A stretch of DNA of 64,000 bases from Malacoraja senta (Eukaryota): NCBI GenBank assembly GCA_038087875.1, contig CM076000.1, forward strand, positions 310,001 through 374,000, written 5' to 3'. Below, in pieces: positions 39,555-53,300 of this stretch. The notes beneath the pieces were generated by a model that saw nothing but the letters and a program-made list of their open reading frames with translations, was not told the origin of the DNA and made no database searches. Positions within the stretch are counted from its first letter, which is position 1; every line of letters starts with the position of its first letter. The position numbers were made by a program, and so were the translations under genes.

Positions 39555-41334
39555 TAATACAACATGAAACAAACTTGTTTTTTTTTAAATTGCAATGAGA
39601 TTGTTATTTCACAAATTCAGAGGAAATCACATCCATTTGGAGATTCCTGTACTGGCTTTTGTTTAAAAAAAGGCACATTCATACATCAAAGCTTCAAATG
39701 CTAAATCAACAACAACAGGTTAGGATTTTTTTGGCACACAATTCTGTAGCTCAGTCTTCAGACAGTAGCTGCTGGTTCCAAATCCAATTTCCTGGCAGTG
39801 ATAAATGTTGAGGCCTCAGGATTAATTTGTATCGGTGTTACAGTCCTTCGCGGGAATGAAAGGTTGTTAACCCCAGTTCATTTGTGAGCATCAATGTATT
39901 TTGTATGATTGCAACAGATATTAACGTTTCGCTTAGGTTCGACACAAAGTGCTGGAGTAACTCAGCGGGTCAGGCAGTATCTATGGAGTAAAAGGACGGC
40001 TCGAGTCGGAACCCCTCCAGATTTCAGTGCCTTCCTGATAAGGTTTGTCATTATCATCACTTTCATATTTGGAAGATTAAAATTCCAGCAGTTGTTTTTA
40101 GAAAAGCCCATAATTTCACAAATCCATCCTGCTGGAAGACTGCAACAGAGATAAAGAACGAAAGTCCTGTTTCCATGCTGTATCCCTGAACTAAACTGGT
40201 CTGCATGGAACCTCTGATCAGTATATGGGAGATGTGTAACAGCAGTAGAGACAGGGGAGTTCAGCAGAAAATGTCCTGAAGGGCAGCAGACAATTCGGTT
40301 ACATTCAGTTATTAGGGACAGCAAATGCTGGCTTATTATTTCAAATATCAGTGTGTTAAAATATTTAAGATATACTATCTTAACCAAGTGGCACCAGTAT
40401 GGTGAAAAAGAAAACATAATATGTGGTCTTTTACATCCACATAACATTCTGAAACACTATTACCAATGAATTATATTTGATTTCTAATTATTTTTGTAAT
40501 GCAATCAGTGCAGTAAAATCAGCTTGTACCCAGAAAATAGCCATGACAAGATAATGTGCTCTGATAATGCAGGTTAAAGATCATTGCTGGCTACGACACC
40601 TGGACTAACTATACCTTCTTTGGATAGCTGCATGGCAGGATATACTCAGTTTAGTATCTCAGCCAAAAGATTACATCTTTGGTTTTGGTTCTGTATTGAA
40701 AGGTCAGCCATGTAAACGCACTCATGTCTCTGGTATGTAGCTTGAACCAATGACTCAGAGCCTTGTTAATGCCCTCCAATCCAAGGCATATGACAATAAT
40801 ATTTAGCAGAGTTTTTACAGATGACTGGTTCCTGCTCAGATCTTGACCTAAACCCAATGTTCCCTAATCTGCTGATTATTCCACCAGTTTCTGTTTTTAT
40901 TTCTTTTTAATGTCAGATTCTCAGCATTGTCAATGTTTTGCTACTGTTGCACGCTAAAAGTTTTAAGGGGGTCCCACTTGTAGTTTAAGCATCAGGAGAC
41001 ACACAATTTTTAATTAAAGGGCTCATGCTTCTGCACATTGGAATGTTCTCCACAGCCTCACATCTTTTCTCCCGAGGCCTTCTGTTGTAATATTTGCAGG
41101 TGACATATCAGTGACAGAACAAATAATTTCCCTTTGGGAGAGTGACCCACATTGTATAGTTTGTCAGCTTTTGTGTCCTTTATGGTCAATAATAGACAAG
41201 AGAAAGAATATAAAAGAGAAGACAAGAGATCGACTGTTTGTCCATAATATCTGAATGGGTCTAAACATCATCCATTCACATTTTGAATCTGAACCAAGCG
41301 ATGCTCTGATACCATCGATCTCAAGTGGTTCCCT

Positions 41335-42208
41335 CTGAAAGCAAGATTTTCATTGTAACTCTACCGCACCATACTTGTGCATATGACAATCAATCCGATG
41401 TGCCCCAATATGTGCTATTTGGTTCTGTAGTACTAGGGCTACTGGGAACTAGCTTGAACCACTATGCTCTATGCAAATGGTGCTCCGAGAAACGTTGTTG
41501 GGTGTAAGAGGGATGAAATAAAGGGGAACATTCAGCCAAATGTACGTACAAGTCCACCACCTATTTTCCAGCAACAGGTGGTCCAGCACTTCCTTTAATC
41601 CGGACAGAATTACGAGTAATTCCCCCCCCCCCCCCTCAGGAAGTGCCCCTGAAAATGCCCACTGCGACCGGGGCTCTGCAACTTCGGCCTGGCCAGAGGC
41701 AGCAGATCCGTTCCCATAGCTGGTTTCCGAGGCCGTATCTTGGCTCTGGAACCAAGGGTTCCGGAATAACGGTCCTGGACCTGGATTACATTTCCCTGAG
41801 GAGCCTCACAGGGAAAGAAAGTCAATTCAAATCTGTCAGCCACCGGATGATCCCTTTGAAGGGAAGAATCGCAGAAGGAAATAGAAGTGGCTCAATGTGT
41901 GTGCTTAAACAATATCAAAGAGATAGAGAAGCAAGCTTAACAAACAATTGAAACAATGGCTTATTCCTTTCATACTGTTCAGCTCAAAGATATTCTTTCC
42001 ACAACTGTTATTTTATTGTGTCTGATTCTGTTGTACATTGCATCTGCAGATTTAATGTAAGGCGAGGGTCGGATGGATGGAAAGAGGAGGGGCGGCTGTA
42101 CTGCCTTTGGCAGACATTTGCTGCATGTGGATTTGGAATTCTTAGGTCGATTAAAAAAAATTCACTGCCTTCATATTCCAATTAAGAAATGCCATTGTAC
42201 CCTGCAGT
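41335..42208 (+). repeat. Local duplication, copy 2 (MITE internally deleted)
   Basis: Direct repeat of 38554-39554 with two deletions inside the MITE. Confidence 0.93.
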
Positions 42209-43060
42209 ACCTTGACTAACTACCAATTTTCTCTTGAATTTAGTTTGTTTATGTCAGAAATTCTAAGAAAGCTTTGCATTCTCCAATTTATTTGGCATCA
42301 ACAGAGACCATGTGGTGTCGGTGATACCTGGGCGGTGATCTTTGACGTGGCCTCTGCCAACGGCAGTCTGGCGGAACTGCCAGGAGGAGATTTGATCAAC
42401 TCAAAGATAGACACAAAAAGCTGCAGTAACTCAGCGGGACAGGCAGCATCTCTGGAGAGAAGGAATGGGTGACGTTTCGGGTTGAGACACTTTTTGTGTC
42501 TATCTTCGATTTAAACCAGCGCCTGTAGTTCTTTCCCACACATTTTGATCAACTCAAGTGCCCCTTGCTCTTATTTACCCTTCTGGTGATAATATGCTGG
42601 GCTCTGCTCACTACAACCGCTGCAGTGGCAAGATTAGTACTGGTAATTCAACAGAATGATACCTCTCTATATATCAGTCATCTGGCATGAAAAACTAATT
42701 TTAACTAACCCTGAGAATATTTCTCTTCTCTAGTTTAGGGCAGTACATGGTCGTCATCTAGAACTATTTGGTAAAAAATTACGACTACAGTTCCATGAGG
42801 GAGGATGCACCAAAAAAAAGGTCTCACCAGTTCAGTCACATTTTGAGGTAATCTTGCACTGTATCACTCTCCAATGTAACTTTAACCAAAGGAAAGAGTT
42901 TACTGAACTGATCCAGAAACTGGAGTCCGAGCAAGCTTCATTGTACTCATTGTTATACTTAACTATTCACAAATCCACTATCTACAAAACATTTGGCTGG
43001 AATCTAATGGCACACTCTTCACTTGCCCAGAAAAAATCAATCCTGCCTGATTACCACATA

Positions 43061-43153
43061 GTCTGAAGAAGGGTCTCGACCCGAAACGTCGCCTATTCCT
43101 TCTCTCCATAGATGCTGCCTCACCCGCTGTGTTTCTCCAGCATTTTTGTCGAC
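43061..43153 (+). mobile_element. Solo Penelope pLTR with intact hammerhead-like core
   Basis: 43063-43090 reads CTGAAGA-A-GGGT-CTCG-ACCC-GAAAC-GTC. Confidence 0.72.
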
Positions 43154-44298
43154 CACAATCACTCCCCTCCACCAATGGCACTTTCTAGTCGCATGAACAC
43201 CTCACAAACCAATGAGCACAGTTGTCTAGAAGAGCTGTTAAGGCATTGGGGCATCATCAGTTGAATATTCCCTTCTAAGCCACACACCATTCTGATTTAA
43301 AGATGTATCAAAAATCCATTGTCGCGGGGTCAGTATTTTATAAGTCTCTTCCAACATCGCTGTGGGTGGACCTTCAGCAGACTGATTGCAATGGTTGAAG
43401 TTGGAAAATCATCATCACCCTCTCCAAGGCAACTTATGGATATTAAATGTCAGCCTTGCCAGAAATGTACACATTTCAAGAGAGAATGAGAGTACATGTG
43501 TATACGTAATCCTCAAAATAAGCTTTTGTCAAAGTACATCGTCCAGAAATTTTAATAGAATTCAGCTTAAGGATAGATATATTTTTAAAGTAGCTTCATA
43601 AATGATATTGGATTAGTTTAGTTTGTCATATACACAAGGGTGCAATCAAATTCCTTGCTCAATTGAAGCTCACAGAATAAACAAAATACATGGAGCAATT
43701 ATGAATGCAACAACAAGCGAAACAAGTGCAAACCAGCAGAATGGTGCAAAGTTGTTGCACAAAATCTTAGTAGTGTAGAAGAGCATTACAGGACAAAATA
43801 ATTGATTGAGTCAGGAGTTAAGAACAAGAGATGAGATATCACATTCGGGAATGTGGCGTGAAAGAGGTGACAAGTTCAGAATGTAGAAACAAGGAACTGC
43901 AGATGCTAGTTTATACTAAAGATAGACACAAAGTGCTGGAGTAACTCACAGGTCAGGCAGCATCTCTGGAGAAAAAGGATGGGTTACATTTCGGGTCAGG
44001 ACCCATCTTCAGACTTTGAGTCTATGCAGTTGGTGCAGGAGAGAGGGATTTAGACTTTTGGCCCACTAGGATCTCTTTTGGGGCAGATAAGGCCTGCGCA
44101 AGAGGGATGTGTTGCATCTGAATTAGAGGGTGGTTGGAGCAGATTAGTGGCATTAAAAAGTCTTTTGCATAAGCATTTATATAATCAGGGAATGGAGGGA
44201 TATGGGCTACGTGCAGCTGGAAAAGTAGTGGTCTTGGCATCATGGCAGGCACAGACATTGTGAGCAGATTAGGCCTGTTCTTGTGCTATACTGCTTAA

Positions 44299-44619
44299 AA
44301 GCCCTGTCCCACTGTACGAGTTCATTCAAAGAGTTCTCCCGAGTTTGCCCTGATTCAAACTCGGAGATTTACGGTAATGGCCGCTCGCCGATACTCGGAG
44401 CTCTCGTGGACATTTTTCAACATGTTGAAAAATCTTCACGAGTCTTCCCGAGCTTACCGCGTTTCCCGAGTACCTGCCGTTAGCGTTACAAGCGACTAAG
44501 AGACGTCCCCGAGCTCCGACGTACCCGCTACATTCATTCTATGTGCTTACTACAAGTTAGATTTTTTTTTTTAAACTCGGGAGAGCACTTGAATGAACTC
44601 GTACAGTGGGACAGGGCCT
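44299..44619. mobile_element. PIF/Harbinger-like MITE inserted in a CR1 tail
   Basis: ~45-bp TIRs gccctgtcccactgtacgagttcattcaa... / ...ttgaatgaactcgtacagtgggacagggc; TAA/TTA flanks. Confidence 0.85.
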
Positions 44620-46538
44620 TTAGGTTCTATCAGGAACAACAGGCCTAAACACAAAGACACCCAGGCAATGAATTACACAACAAGTGCACAAGGAAAAAAT
44701 GTTATGTGAACTCATTCATGCTCTATTTTAGAACAGCAATATTACATTTCCAGGGGACATGTGGCAACGGCAGTCTGGATTTGAGTTAAAGTGCTATTCT
44801 TTTAACAGTCGTTATGGGTTGGTTAAAGTATCACAAGATACAAAGTGTCAAAACAGTGTTACACTGCAGAAAATGGCACAAATATTCAAACATGCTTTAT
44901 TTACATTACAATCTGCCGTCACAGCAAATAATCACTTCATTTTTATGATGGCTGCTTCATTTTTATGTCAGTAATACAAGCATCTTGGTATGAAGGAAAT
45001 CTCTTCCAGCAGGTTTATAACTTTGGACCACTGAACCAAATGGATATTAAGTTTCATTCCGATCAGCCTAAATCCTGGTACCATATGGCCTAAATATTAA
45101 ATCTCCTTTCACGTTCATTGTTTTTTATCACACGCACAGTCAACTGAACTATGACCTCCATCAGCTGGCTGAGGCACACAATTTCCACTATGGCTCTACA
45201 CATTCCACTTTAATTTCAACAGCAATTCTGCTGCAATTACTCCAACTGATGTTATTTAAGTAAACCCCCTACATTTCCAACCTTGTTGCTTTTAACCAAT
45301 TGCTAGATTCTGAATTTTTATTATTATGCTATGGCAATTTCCCCCACATTCCAAAAGAAAAATAAGTCAGGAATATTTGTTGTGGGTGTTCCTCTTAGTG
45401 GGGTGGTTTCTTAGAGAAACCATCTTGCAGTTAAGTAATTCACTTTCACCAGCACTATTCAGTGATGTGATAAAGGACTGTCAAGTATCGAGTTTGATTG
45501 AGTGTAAAAAACTTAAGTGCTTTTGGTCACTTCTGCAAGTTCCACTTATAAAGCCGCAGGTTAGATGTTTATTTCTGAGCTTCTGTACTCCAGATATTGA
45601 GGCAAAGTGCTTGCCCCAGATTTGATCCATAAATACATGAATGGACTAATAGCATTTGCAGCATATTTGCTCTGGAAAAATCCACGTGCAAATGGACTGG
45701 TTAGCATGCAACAAAAGCTTTTCACTGTACCTCGGTACACATGACAATAAATTAAACTCAAATGTGCAAATGGATTGTCAAACTGGCTTTTCAACCCCTT
45801 GTAGAATCAACAAACTGCAGATGTTGGTTTATACCAAAGATAGACACAAAGTGCTGGAATAACTCAGCACATCTGGCAGCATCTCTGGAGAGAAAGAATG
45901 GGTGACATTTCAGGTTGGGACCATTCTTCAGACTGAAGTATTTGTCCTCGTCTTCTGAAGAAGGGTCCCACCCCGAAACGTCACCCATCCTTTTTCAAAT
46001 CCTTGTTTGTTCCATTTTATGTTAGCACGCAACAAAAGCTTTTCAATGTACGTAACAATAAACAAAGCTAATCTTTAGTCTAGAACTATTTTGGCTATGC
46101 TAAGCTTTATTCCAATAGTTTATCTCATTAAAAAATACAAGGACTTTTTCCTTTGATCCTCTAGCTTAATTCACGTTTTAAAGAACGTCATAATTGAGGC
46201 AAGACAAGATGAAAAGCGACAATTAAAAAGACCAGACAACTGCAGGCCATTTGGCCTGTGCCAGTGCTGAAGGATATTGCCTCTGCTTGCTCCAAAGTCA
46301 GCAGGACAAAGCTTTACCATCTGCACAAGATTCCTGTAGCCAGAAATTTGCAGCAGAAAGACAATGTAGCTAAAGTCACTGCTGGCTTCAATGTTAGGGC
46401 TATGATTCATTCTCATTGGTGCTGCATTTTCAGGTAACAGATTGTTCAAAGAAAGCTCCAAGAAGCAACTCATGGATTAATCAGCATGACCAACACTTTC
46501 AATTCTTTTACTAAACTAAATAGACAGGGGGAGGAGAG

Positions 46539-46980
46539 TAGAAACAAAGAACTGCAGATGCTGGTTGATACCAAAGATAGACACAAAGTGCTGGATTAAC
46601 TCAAAACGTCAGGCAGCATCTCTGGAGAAAAAATGATGGGTGACATTTCAGGTTGGGACTCTTCTTCAGACTGAAATTAGGGGTGGTATGGATGGTAGCG
46701 AGGAGCTGGAAGTGAGATAAGACAAAGACCAATCAGGCTGGTCACAAATGACCTCAGGCAGGGTGGTGCCCTGATGGACTCATTGTTAGCTAGGGAAATT
46801 GTGATCTTAAGAGGGATACATTGTGCTGAACTGTGGAATGAATTAAACAACTAGGGTGGAGGAAGGGGACAAGGGAGGAGGGGGAAGGGAAGGGGAAGAG
46901 GAGTGTAGGTCGAAGTTGCTTAAAATTAGAGAATTCAACGTTCATACTGCTGGGTTGTAAGCTACCCAAGCAAAATATGA
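46539..46980 (-). mobile_element. Penelope-like 3' fragment
   Basis: pLTR at 46539-46674; minus strand encodes LIFCLGSLQPSSMNVEFSNF, the PLE GIY-YIG C-terminus. Confidence 0.72.
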
Positions 46981-47160
46981 GGGAGGGGTGGAGGGAGAGA
47001 GGGGGGAGGAAGAGGGGGGAGAGGGGGAGAGGGGGGGGAAGGGGAGAGGGTGGAGGAGGTGGGTGGGGGGTGAGGGAGCGGGAGAGGGGGAGTGGGAGGA
47101 GAGGAGGAGGAGGGGGGGAGAGGAAGGGGGGAGAGGAGGGGGGAAAGAGAGGGACAGGGC
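46977..47160. repeat. G/A-rich low-complexity purine tract
   Basis: About 180 bp made almost only of G and A with many G3+ runs. Confidence 0.9.
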
Positions 47161-47754
47161 GGAATTGAACTCGGCAAGCAGGGGGCGCGGACACTGAGCG
47201 GGCGGGGCTGACTGCGAGCGGGCGGCGGGCATCGGGAGTGCTCGGGATCTCTGAAGCCCTTGGAAGCTCAACCAAATTACTGCGTGTTCAGCGGCTTCAA
47301 TCCAGAGCCCTGGGGGGGGGGCGGGTGGCTGAGCTGCGGGCGGGGCGGCCGGCCGAGTGCGAGTCAACTGCGAGTCCGGGGGGGGGGGGTGGGGGGGGGG
47401 TGGGGGTGACGTAACTCGCAGCATGTGGAAAACAGTGCCCAGCAGACTACGCGTTTAAAACTGTGCGCTGCGGACCGCGAGGAGCAGAGCCATTGTGACA
47501 TCATCAGCTCATTAGCTTTAAAAAAAATCAGATTTGTGAACAATTTTAAGAAATAACTCAAGAAATAATGAATCAGATTTTCAGATGAGGCGAGTTTTGA
47601 GATCATGAGGTAAATCTCTATAAGAATATGTAAAAATTTCACCGTTAGCGTGTCGTGTTTTCGAGGAGATGTGAATCACAGACAAATAAATAAATAAACA
47701 CACAAATCCACACACAAATACATCCACATCCAAGATCAGAGTTTTATAAGTATA
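47161..47754 (-). mobile_element. Non-autonomous Helitron-like element, 5' part (different family from the array)
   Basis: Ends on the plus strand in ...cagacaaataaataaa...cagagttttataagtata, nearly the same terminus as the array units; CpG-rich interior; 3' CTAG end not found. Confidence 0.6.
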
Positions 47755-49611
47755 CTAGACCAAGTGCAGACCCGTTGGGTCTGGTCCCCGAAAGTGCTTG
47801 ACACCCCGGGGTGTTGTTCCCGAACGTGCTTCAGACCCCGGGGTGAAAATGTGATGAAAAAAAGATGGCGTCGTTTTCGGAAAAAATCGGAGAAAATCGG
47901 CGAAAAAAAGATGGCGTCGTTTTCGGAGAAAATCGGGGAAATAAAGATGGCGTCGGTTTCGGAAAAATCGGAGAAAATCGGAGATGGGGGTGGGGGGGGG
48001 GGATGGATTTTATTAAAAAACGTGTACATAAACAGGACCGAATTTAATCAGGAGTGGCTATTCGTAAAGATAAATGTCATCTCTTTGGAAATGGCGAAAA
48101 ACTTGGGCCTTTCCGCGCGCCGTGTGGGCCAGGGGCCGTATCAAAGGCCGCGCGGCAAAGTCAAGCAGGCCGTCGGACGTACAGACGGACGACAGCCAGA
48201 GAGTTTTAAAAGTATACTAGACCAAGTGCAGACCCGTTGGGTCTGGTCCCCGAAAGTGCTTGACACCCCGGGGTGTTGTTCCCGAACGTGCTTCAGACCC
48301 CGGGGTGAAAAATGTGCTGAAAAAAAGATGGCGTAGTTTTCGGAAAAAATCGGCGAAAAAAAGATGGCGTCGTTTTCGGAGAAAATCGGCGAAAAAAAGA
48401 TGGCGTCGTTTTCGGAGAAAATCGGAGACAATCGGAGAAAATCACATTGGGGTTGGGGGGGGATGGATTTTATTAAAAAACGTGTACATAAACAGGACCG
48501 AATTTAATCAGGAGTGGCTATTCGTAAAGATAAATGTTATCTCTTTGGAAATGGCGAAAAACGTGGGCCTTTCCGCGCGCCGCGTGGGCCAGGGGCCGTA
48601 TCAAAGGCCGCGCGGCAAAGTCAAGCAGACCGTCGGACGTACAGACGGACGACAGCCAGAGAGTTTTAAAAGTATACTAGACCAAGTGCAGACCCGTTGG
48701 GTCTGGTCCCCGAAAGTGCTTGACACCCCGGGGTGTTGTTCCGAACGTGCTTCAGACCCCGGGGTGAAAATGTGCTGAAAAAAAGATGGCGTCATTTTCG
48801 GAAAAAATCTGAGAAAATCGGCGAAAAAAAGATGGCGTCGTTTTCGGAGAAAATCGGGGAAAAAAAGATGGCGTCGTTTTCGGAGAAAATCGGAGACAAT
48901 CGGAGAAAATCACATTGGGGTTGGGGGGGGATGGATTTTATTAAAAAATGTGTACATAAACAGGACCGAATTTAATCAGGAGTGGCTATTCGTAAAGATA
49001 AATGTCATCTCTTTGGAAATGGCGAAAAACGTGGGCCTTTCCGCGCGCCGTGTGGGCCAGGGGCCGTATCAAAGGCCGCGCGGCAAAGTCAAGTAGGCCG
49101 TCGGACGTACAGACGGACGACAGCCAGAGAGTTTTAAAAGTATACTAGACCAAGTGCAGACCCGTTGGGTCTGGTCCCCGAAAGTGCTTGACACCCCGGG
49201 GTGTTGTTTCCGAACGTGCTTCAGACCCCGGGTGAAAATGTGCTGAAAAAAAGATGGTGTCGTTTTCGGAAAAAATCGGAGGAAATCGGCGAAAAAAGAT
49301 GGCGTCGTTTTCGAGAAATCGGGGAAAAAAGATGGCGTCGTTTTCGGAGAAAATCGGAGACAATCGGAAAAATCACATTGGGGTTGGGGGGGGGATGGAT
49401 TTTATTAAAAAACGTGTACATAAACAGGACAGAATTTAATCAGGAGTGGCTATTCGTAAAGATAAATGTCATCTCTTTGGAAATGGCGAAAAACGTGGCC
49501 TTTCCGCGCGCCGCGTGGGCCAGGGGCCGTATCAAAGGCCGCGCGGCAAAGTCAAGCAGGCCGTCGGACGTACAGACGGACGACAGCCAGAGAGTTTTAA
49601 AAGTATATAGA
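47755..49611 (-). mobile_element. Head-to-tail array of four ~460-bp non-autonomous Helitrons (47755-48216, 48217-48676, 48677-49144, 49145-49611)
   Basis: On the minus strand each unit ends in hairpin CAGACCC-AAC-GGGTCTG + 8 nt + CTAG. The last unit starts TCTATATAC. There is an (acagacggacg) microsatellite-like stretch near the 5' end and no TSD. All are canonical Helitron hallmarks. Confidence 0.85.
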
Positions 49612-50358
49612 TAGATAGATAAGATAAGATAATGGGGCTTTGATCAGTCAATGTGAAACTACAGCTGATTTGAAGTTTCGTCTCAGTGGGCGAAGCTGCA
49701 TCTCTGGAGAACATGGATAGGCGATGTTTCATGTCAGGACCTTTCTTCTGTCCCTATACATCACCTATTCATGTTCTCCAGAGATGCTGCCCGACCTGCT
49801 GTTAATCCAGCACCGTGTGTCTTTAAAAAAAATATAAACCAGCATGTTCTCCTTTTTAAATGCCAGAAGATAGCTTTGTCTTAAAAAAAATTCTCAGGCA
49901 GGACCTAGAATTCTGTTAAATAGTCTTCCCTTGGCACGTTGGAACAAACCGTATCCTACGTTTGTATCTTAACCATGAAGGTACAAGACACTCACATTGT
50001 GCCTTTATGCAATATACAGACTCTAATTACACAACATATTTGAAGTCAAATGAATAAAACATGTTCAAGCTTTCGCCTTCAGAATCAGTGTACAATAAAT
50101 ATAATTTTCGTAGAACAGCATTACTCAGTCCGCCTTGGTGTATGCGATCTCCCGTTTGCCAAATATTTTAACTCCCCTTCCCATTCTGTCCTGAGCAGCG
50201 ATGGAAATGGTTTTAGGAACTAGGGGTACTCTAAGGTCCGTGAGGCTGAGGTTGGGAAGGAAGGGGAGGGGGGTATGTTTTTATGTGCGGTCATACCCAT
50301 GTAAGAGTACAAGAATACATAACTTGTTTATTGTGTATTTATATTATAGTTTATTGTG

Positions 50359-53300
50359 TATTTTACTTCGGAGTCACGTGAGTGACTACGTGAAGAACCC
50401 TGCCAGTGCGCCTGCGCGTCATTACGTCAGACGCCTTGACGCAAACGGACGTGAGGAGCTCCTCTAATGGATTTGTAGTTTTTTAACAACAAGGTAAGTA
50501 AAAACTTGTTTCAGTATTTACAGGTCCGTTTACTGTGGGTCTGCAGGGATTTTTTCCACAGACGCCATGGGAAAAAACGGGCAGGGGGAAGAGGCGAGCG
50601 ACTCAGCCGACAGAGAGTCGGGAAAGTCGGGAGTCTGCGGTTAGCGACCAACCGCCTCTAACCCCGGTACAGTCGCCAGCGGTGAGCATATCGACTGTGG
50701 ACCTGGGGCAGGTGAAAACACAGTCAGCGCCTGTCGGGCGCAAGGCCGTTCAAATCGAAATGGGCCACGGAGGAGGAGTCCCAGGAAATGGAAAAAGCTC
50801 CAGGTCTAGATACTGCTTTTAAGCGAATTGCCCAAATGGAAAGCCTGCTACATAGGCTGTTGGAGCGAAGCACACTCAGGTAAGAGTGTACTGAAATCCA
50901 AGCTGCCGGAAGCAGCTCAATAGCTCCTGGTACAGGGCTGATAGAATGCACCCTCAGGGATGAGGAGCGTGCCACGGGTCATGAGATTTCAGACCCCGAC
51001 TCTGACGGTGAGGCTGTACAAGGCGATGAACGGCCAGCTGCCAGATGTTCCACCCCTGGCAGTACGATTCGCTGCCCCGTCAGGGTCAGGAGAGCCATTA
51101 GGAGAAGAATTGGCCTTCTTAATAAATTACTTGGTTTCCCATCAGCTGGAACAGCAGGAGATGGATGAGAATGCAAGAAAATATGAGTTGAGTATGACTA
51201 TGAGAACTCAAAGAATTGAAATTGCAGAGAATATTAAAGCTGCTGGGTTCTGGAATAACTGCTTTTGCCAGAATAGCAGATAAAAGCCAAGAGGTGACGG
51301 AGTTGCATCAGGAAGCACTGGGGTTTGCTATGCAGCACCCACTTCGAGATCAATTGTCTGAGGAAAGGTGCTATATGGCCAACTATGAATCCAAAATTCG
51401 CAGCACTCTGCAAACCAAGTAATGTACAATTACCCAACTTACTCTTTGGAGAGGATCTCGGGAGACGTATTAAAGAGTTGGAAGATGAAGCGAAAACAGG
51501 ATTGATGAAAACATCAATGGTTGTAAAGTCTGTGAAGAGGAAGTATCCTTTCAGACGTCATACGGATCCTGGACCAGGACCAAGTCGCTCATCAACGCAG
51601 GGACGTAGCTGGCGGCCTGCAGCGGGAGCAAGAACCAGTGGGGGTGCTTCTGGGAGAATCCAGGGATCTCAGAGTACTCAAATGACTCAAGAGGTAGTGT
51701 GACCTGGTTCTCATGGGAACATACTAACCGGATTAAGTCCAAAAGTTGGAGGCAGATTACGTCTCTTCTATAACAATTGCAAGAAGATTACTTCAGATGT
51801 GGTAATTCTGAATAGTATACAAGGATTTCAAATTGAATTCAATCCAAATTATGATTTGCCTGTCCAGCATGTTCCTAGCAGAACTCTCCACTTTGCACAA
51901 AAAGAAGCGATGGAGGTTCAAGCTGTGTTTCAAACCCTATATATAAAAGGTGTTATTGAAGAATCAGTCTACCAAATTCACCAATTTGTGTCAAATATAT
52001 TCCCTCGATCAAAAAAGGATGGAGGGTGTAGGATTATTCTAGACTTGACAAGTCTGAATCCTTTTGTTTAATTTAAACATTTTAAAAGGGAGACATTTGT
52101 GACTGCCAAACAACTTATTTCAGAAGCATGTCATATGGCAACTATAGATTTAAAAGATACATATTATTCAGTGTCTGTTTACTTGGAATATAGGAGTATC
52201 TTAAATTTACATGGATGAACCAGTTATGGCAGTTCAAAGCTTTGCCTAATGGGTTAACGTCCGCTCCCAGAATATTCACAAAATTGTTAAAACCAATTCT
52301 GGGGTTGCTGAGAAGCCAGGGGCATGTACTAATGGCATACTTGGATGATGTCCTGATTATAGGAAGGACAAAAACAGTCAACAGAAGCATCTGTTGCAGT
52401 TGTGAAATCAACTTTCGAAAGTTTGGTGTTTCTAATTCAGCCAAAGAAATCAAGGTTAACACCATGTACCTCGATTGATTATTTGGGGTTCACAATTGAT
52501 TCAGTCCAAATGAAAATTACTTTCCCCAGTGAAAAAAGGGTGGAGTTGATTAAAGATTGCAGTAATCTGTTAAACGAGCAAAATCCCTCAATCAGACAGG
52601 TGGCTCGAGTACTGGGAAAAATAGTAGCAGCATTCCCAGCAGTCCAATACGGACCATTACATTATCAACAGCTGCAGAGAGTTAAAGAACAGGCACAGAG
52701 AATGCATGCTGGTCATTTTGATAGAACCATGCAACTAACAACAAATGCTGTTTCTGATCTGCAGTGGTGGATTCTACATGTCTCAAGCAGTTCCAGCAAA
52801 GTGCTGATTGAACAACCTTCCATGATATTACAAACTGATGCCAGTGCACTAGGATGGGGTGCAACTGACTTAGCACCTAGCAGACGGAGGCAGATGGAAT
52901 CAGGAAGATTCATTGTTACTGCAGACATGGGGAGTTAACTATTTGGAGTTTTAGGATGTTTCTATGGACTCCAAGCTTATTGTTCTAACACAACTAAAAG
53001 GCATGTTCAAGTTCAAATTGATAAACACAACAGCAGTTGCCTATATTAATGATATGGGTGGAATCAAGTCGGGGTCATGTGACAAAATGGCTAATCAACT
53101 TTGGTCTTGGTGTATTGCAAAGAACATTTGGATTTCAGCTATCTATCTACCAGGTAGAATGAACACTATAGCAGACACCAGGTCACGAAAGTTCCATGAT
53201 AATAAGAATGGATGTTGAATCGAGAGGTATTCAATGATATAGTAATCAGATTTGGAATGCCAGACATCGACTTGTTCGCATCTAGACTGAATCATCAGCT

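Noticed and set aside
46790..47424. Pro-rich and Gly-rich ORFs, or a GAB2 promoter CpG island
   Set aside because: Translation of a G/A low-complexity tract and TE interior; no GAB exon 1 peptide (GWLRKSPPEKKL) found.
47755..49611. CRISPR array, or Arg/Lys-rich protein ORFs (47764-48336, 48260-48778)
   Set aside because: Whole units repeat with no unique spacers and the context is eukaryotic. The ORFs are by-products of Helitron sub-repeats and shift frame between units.
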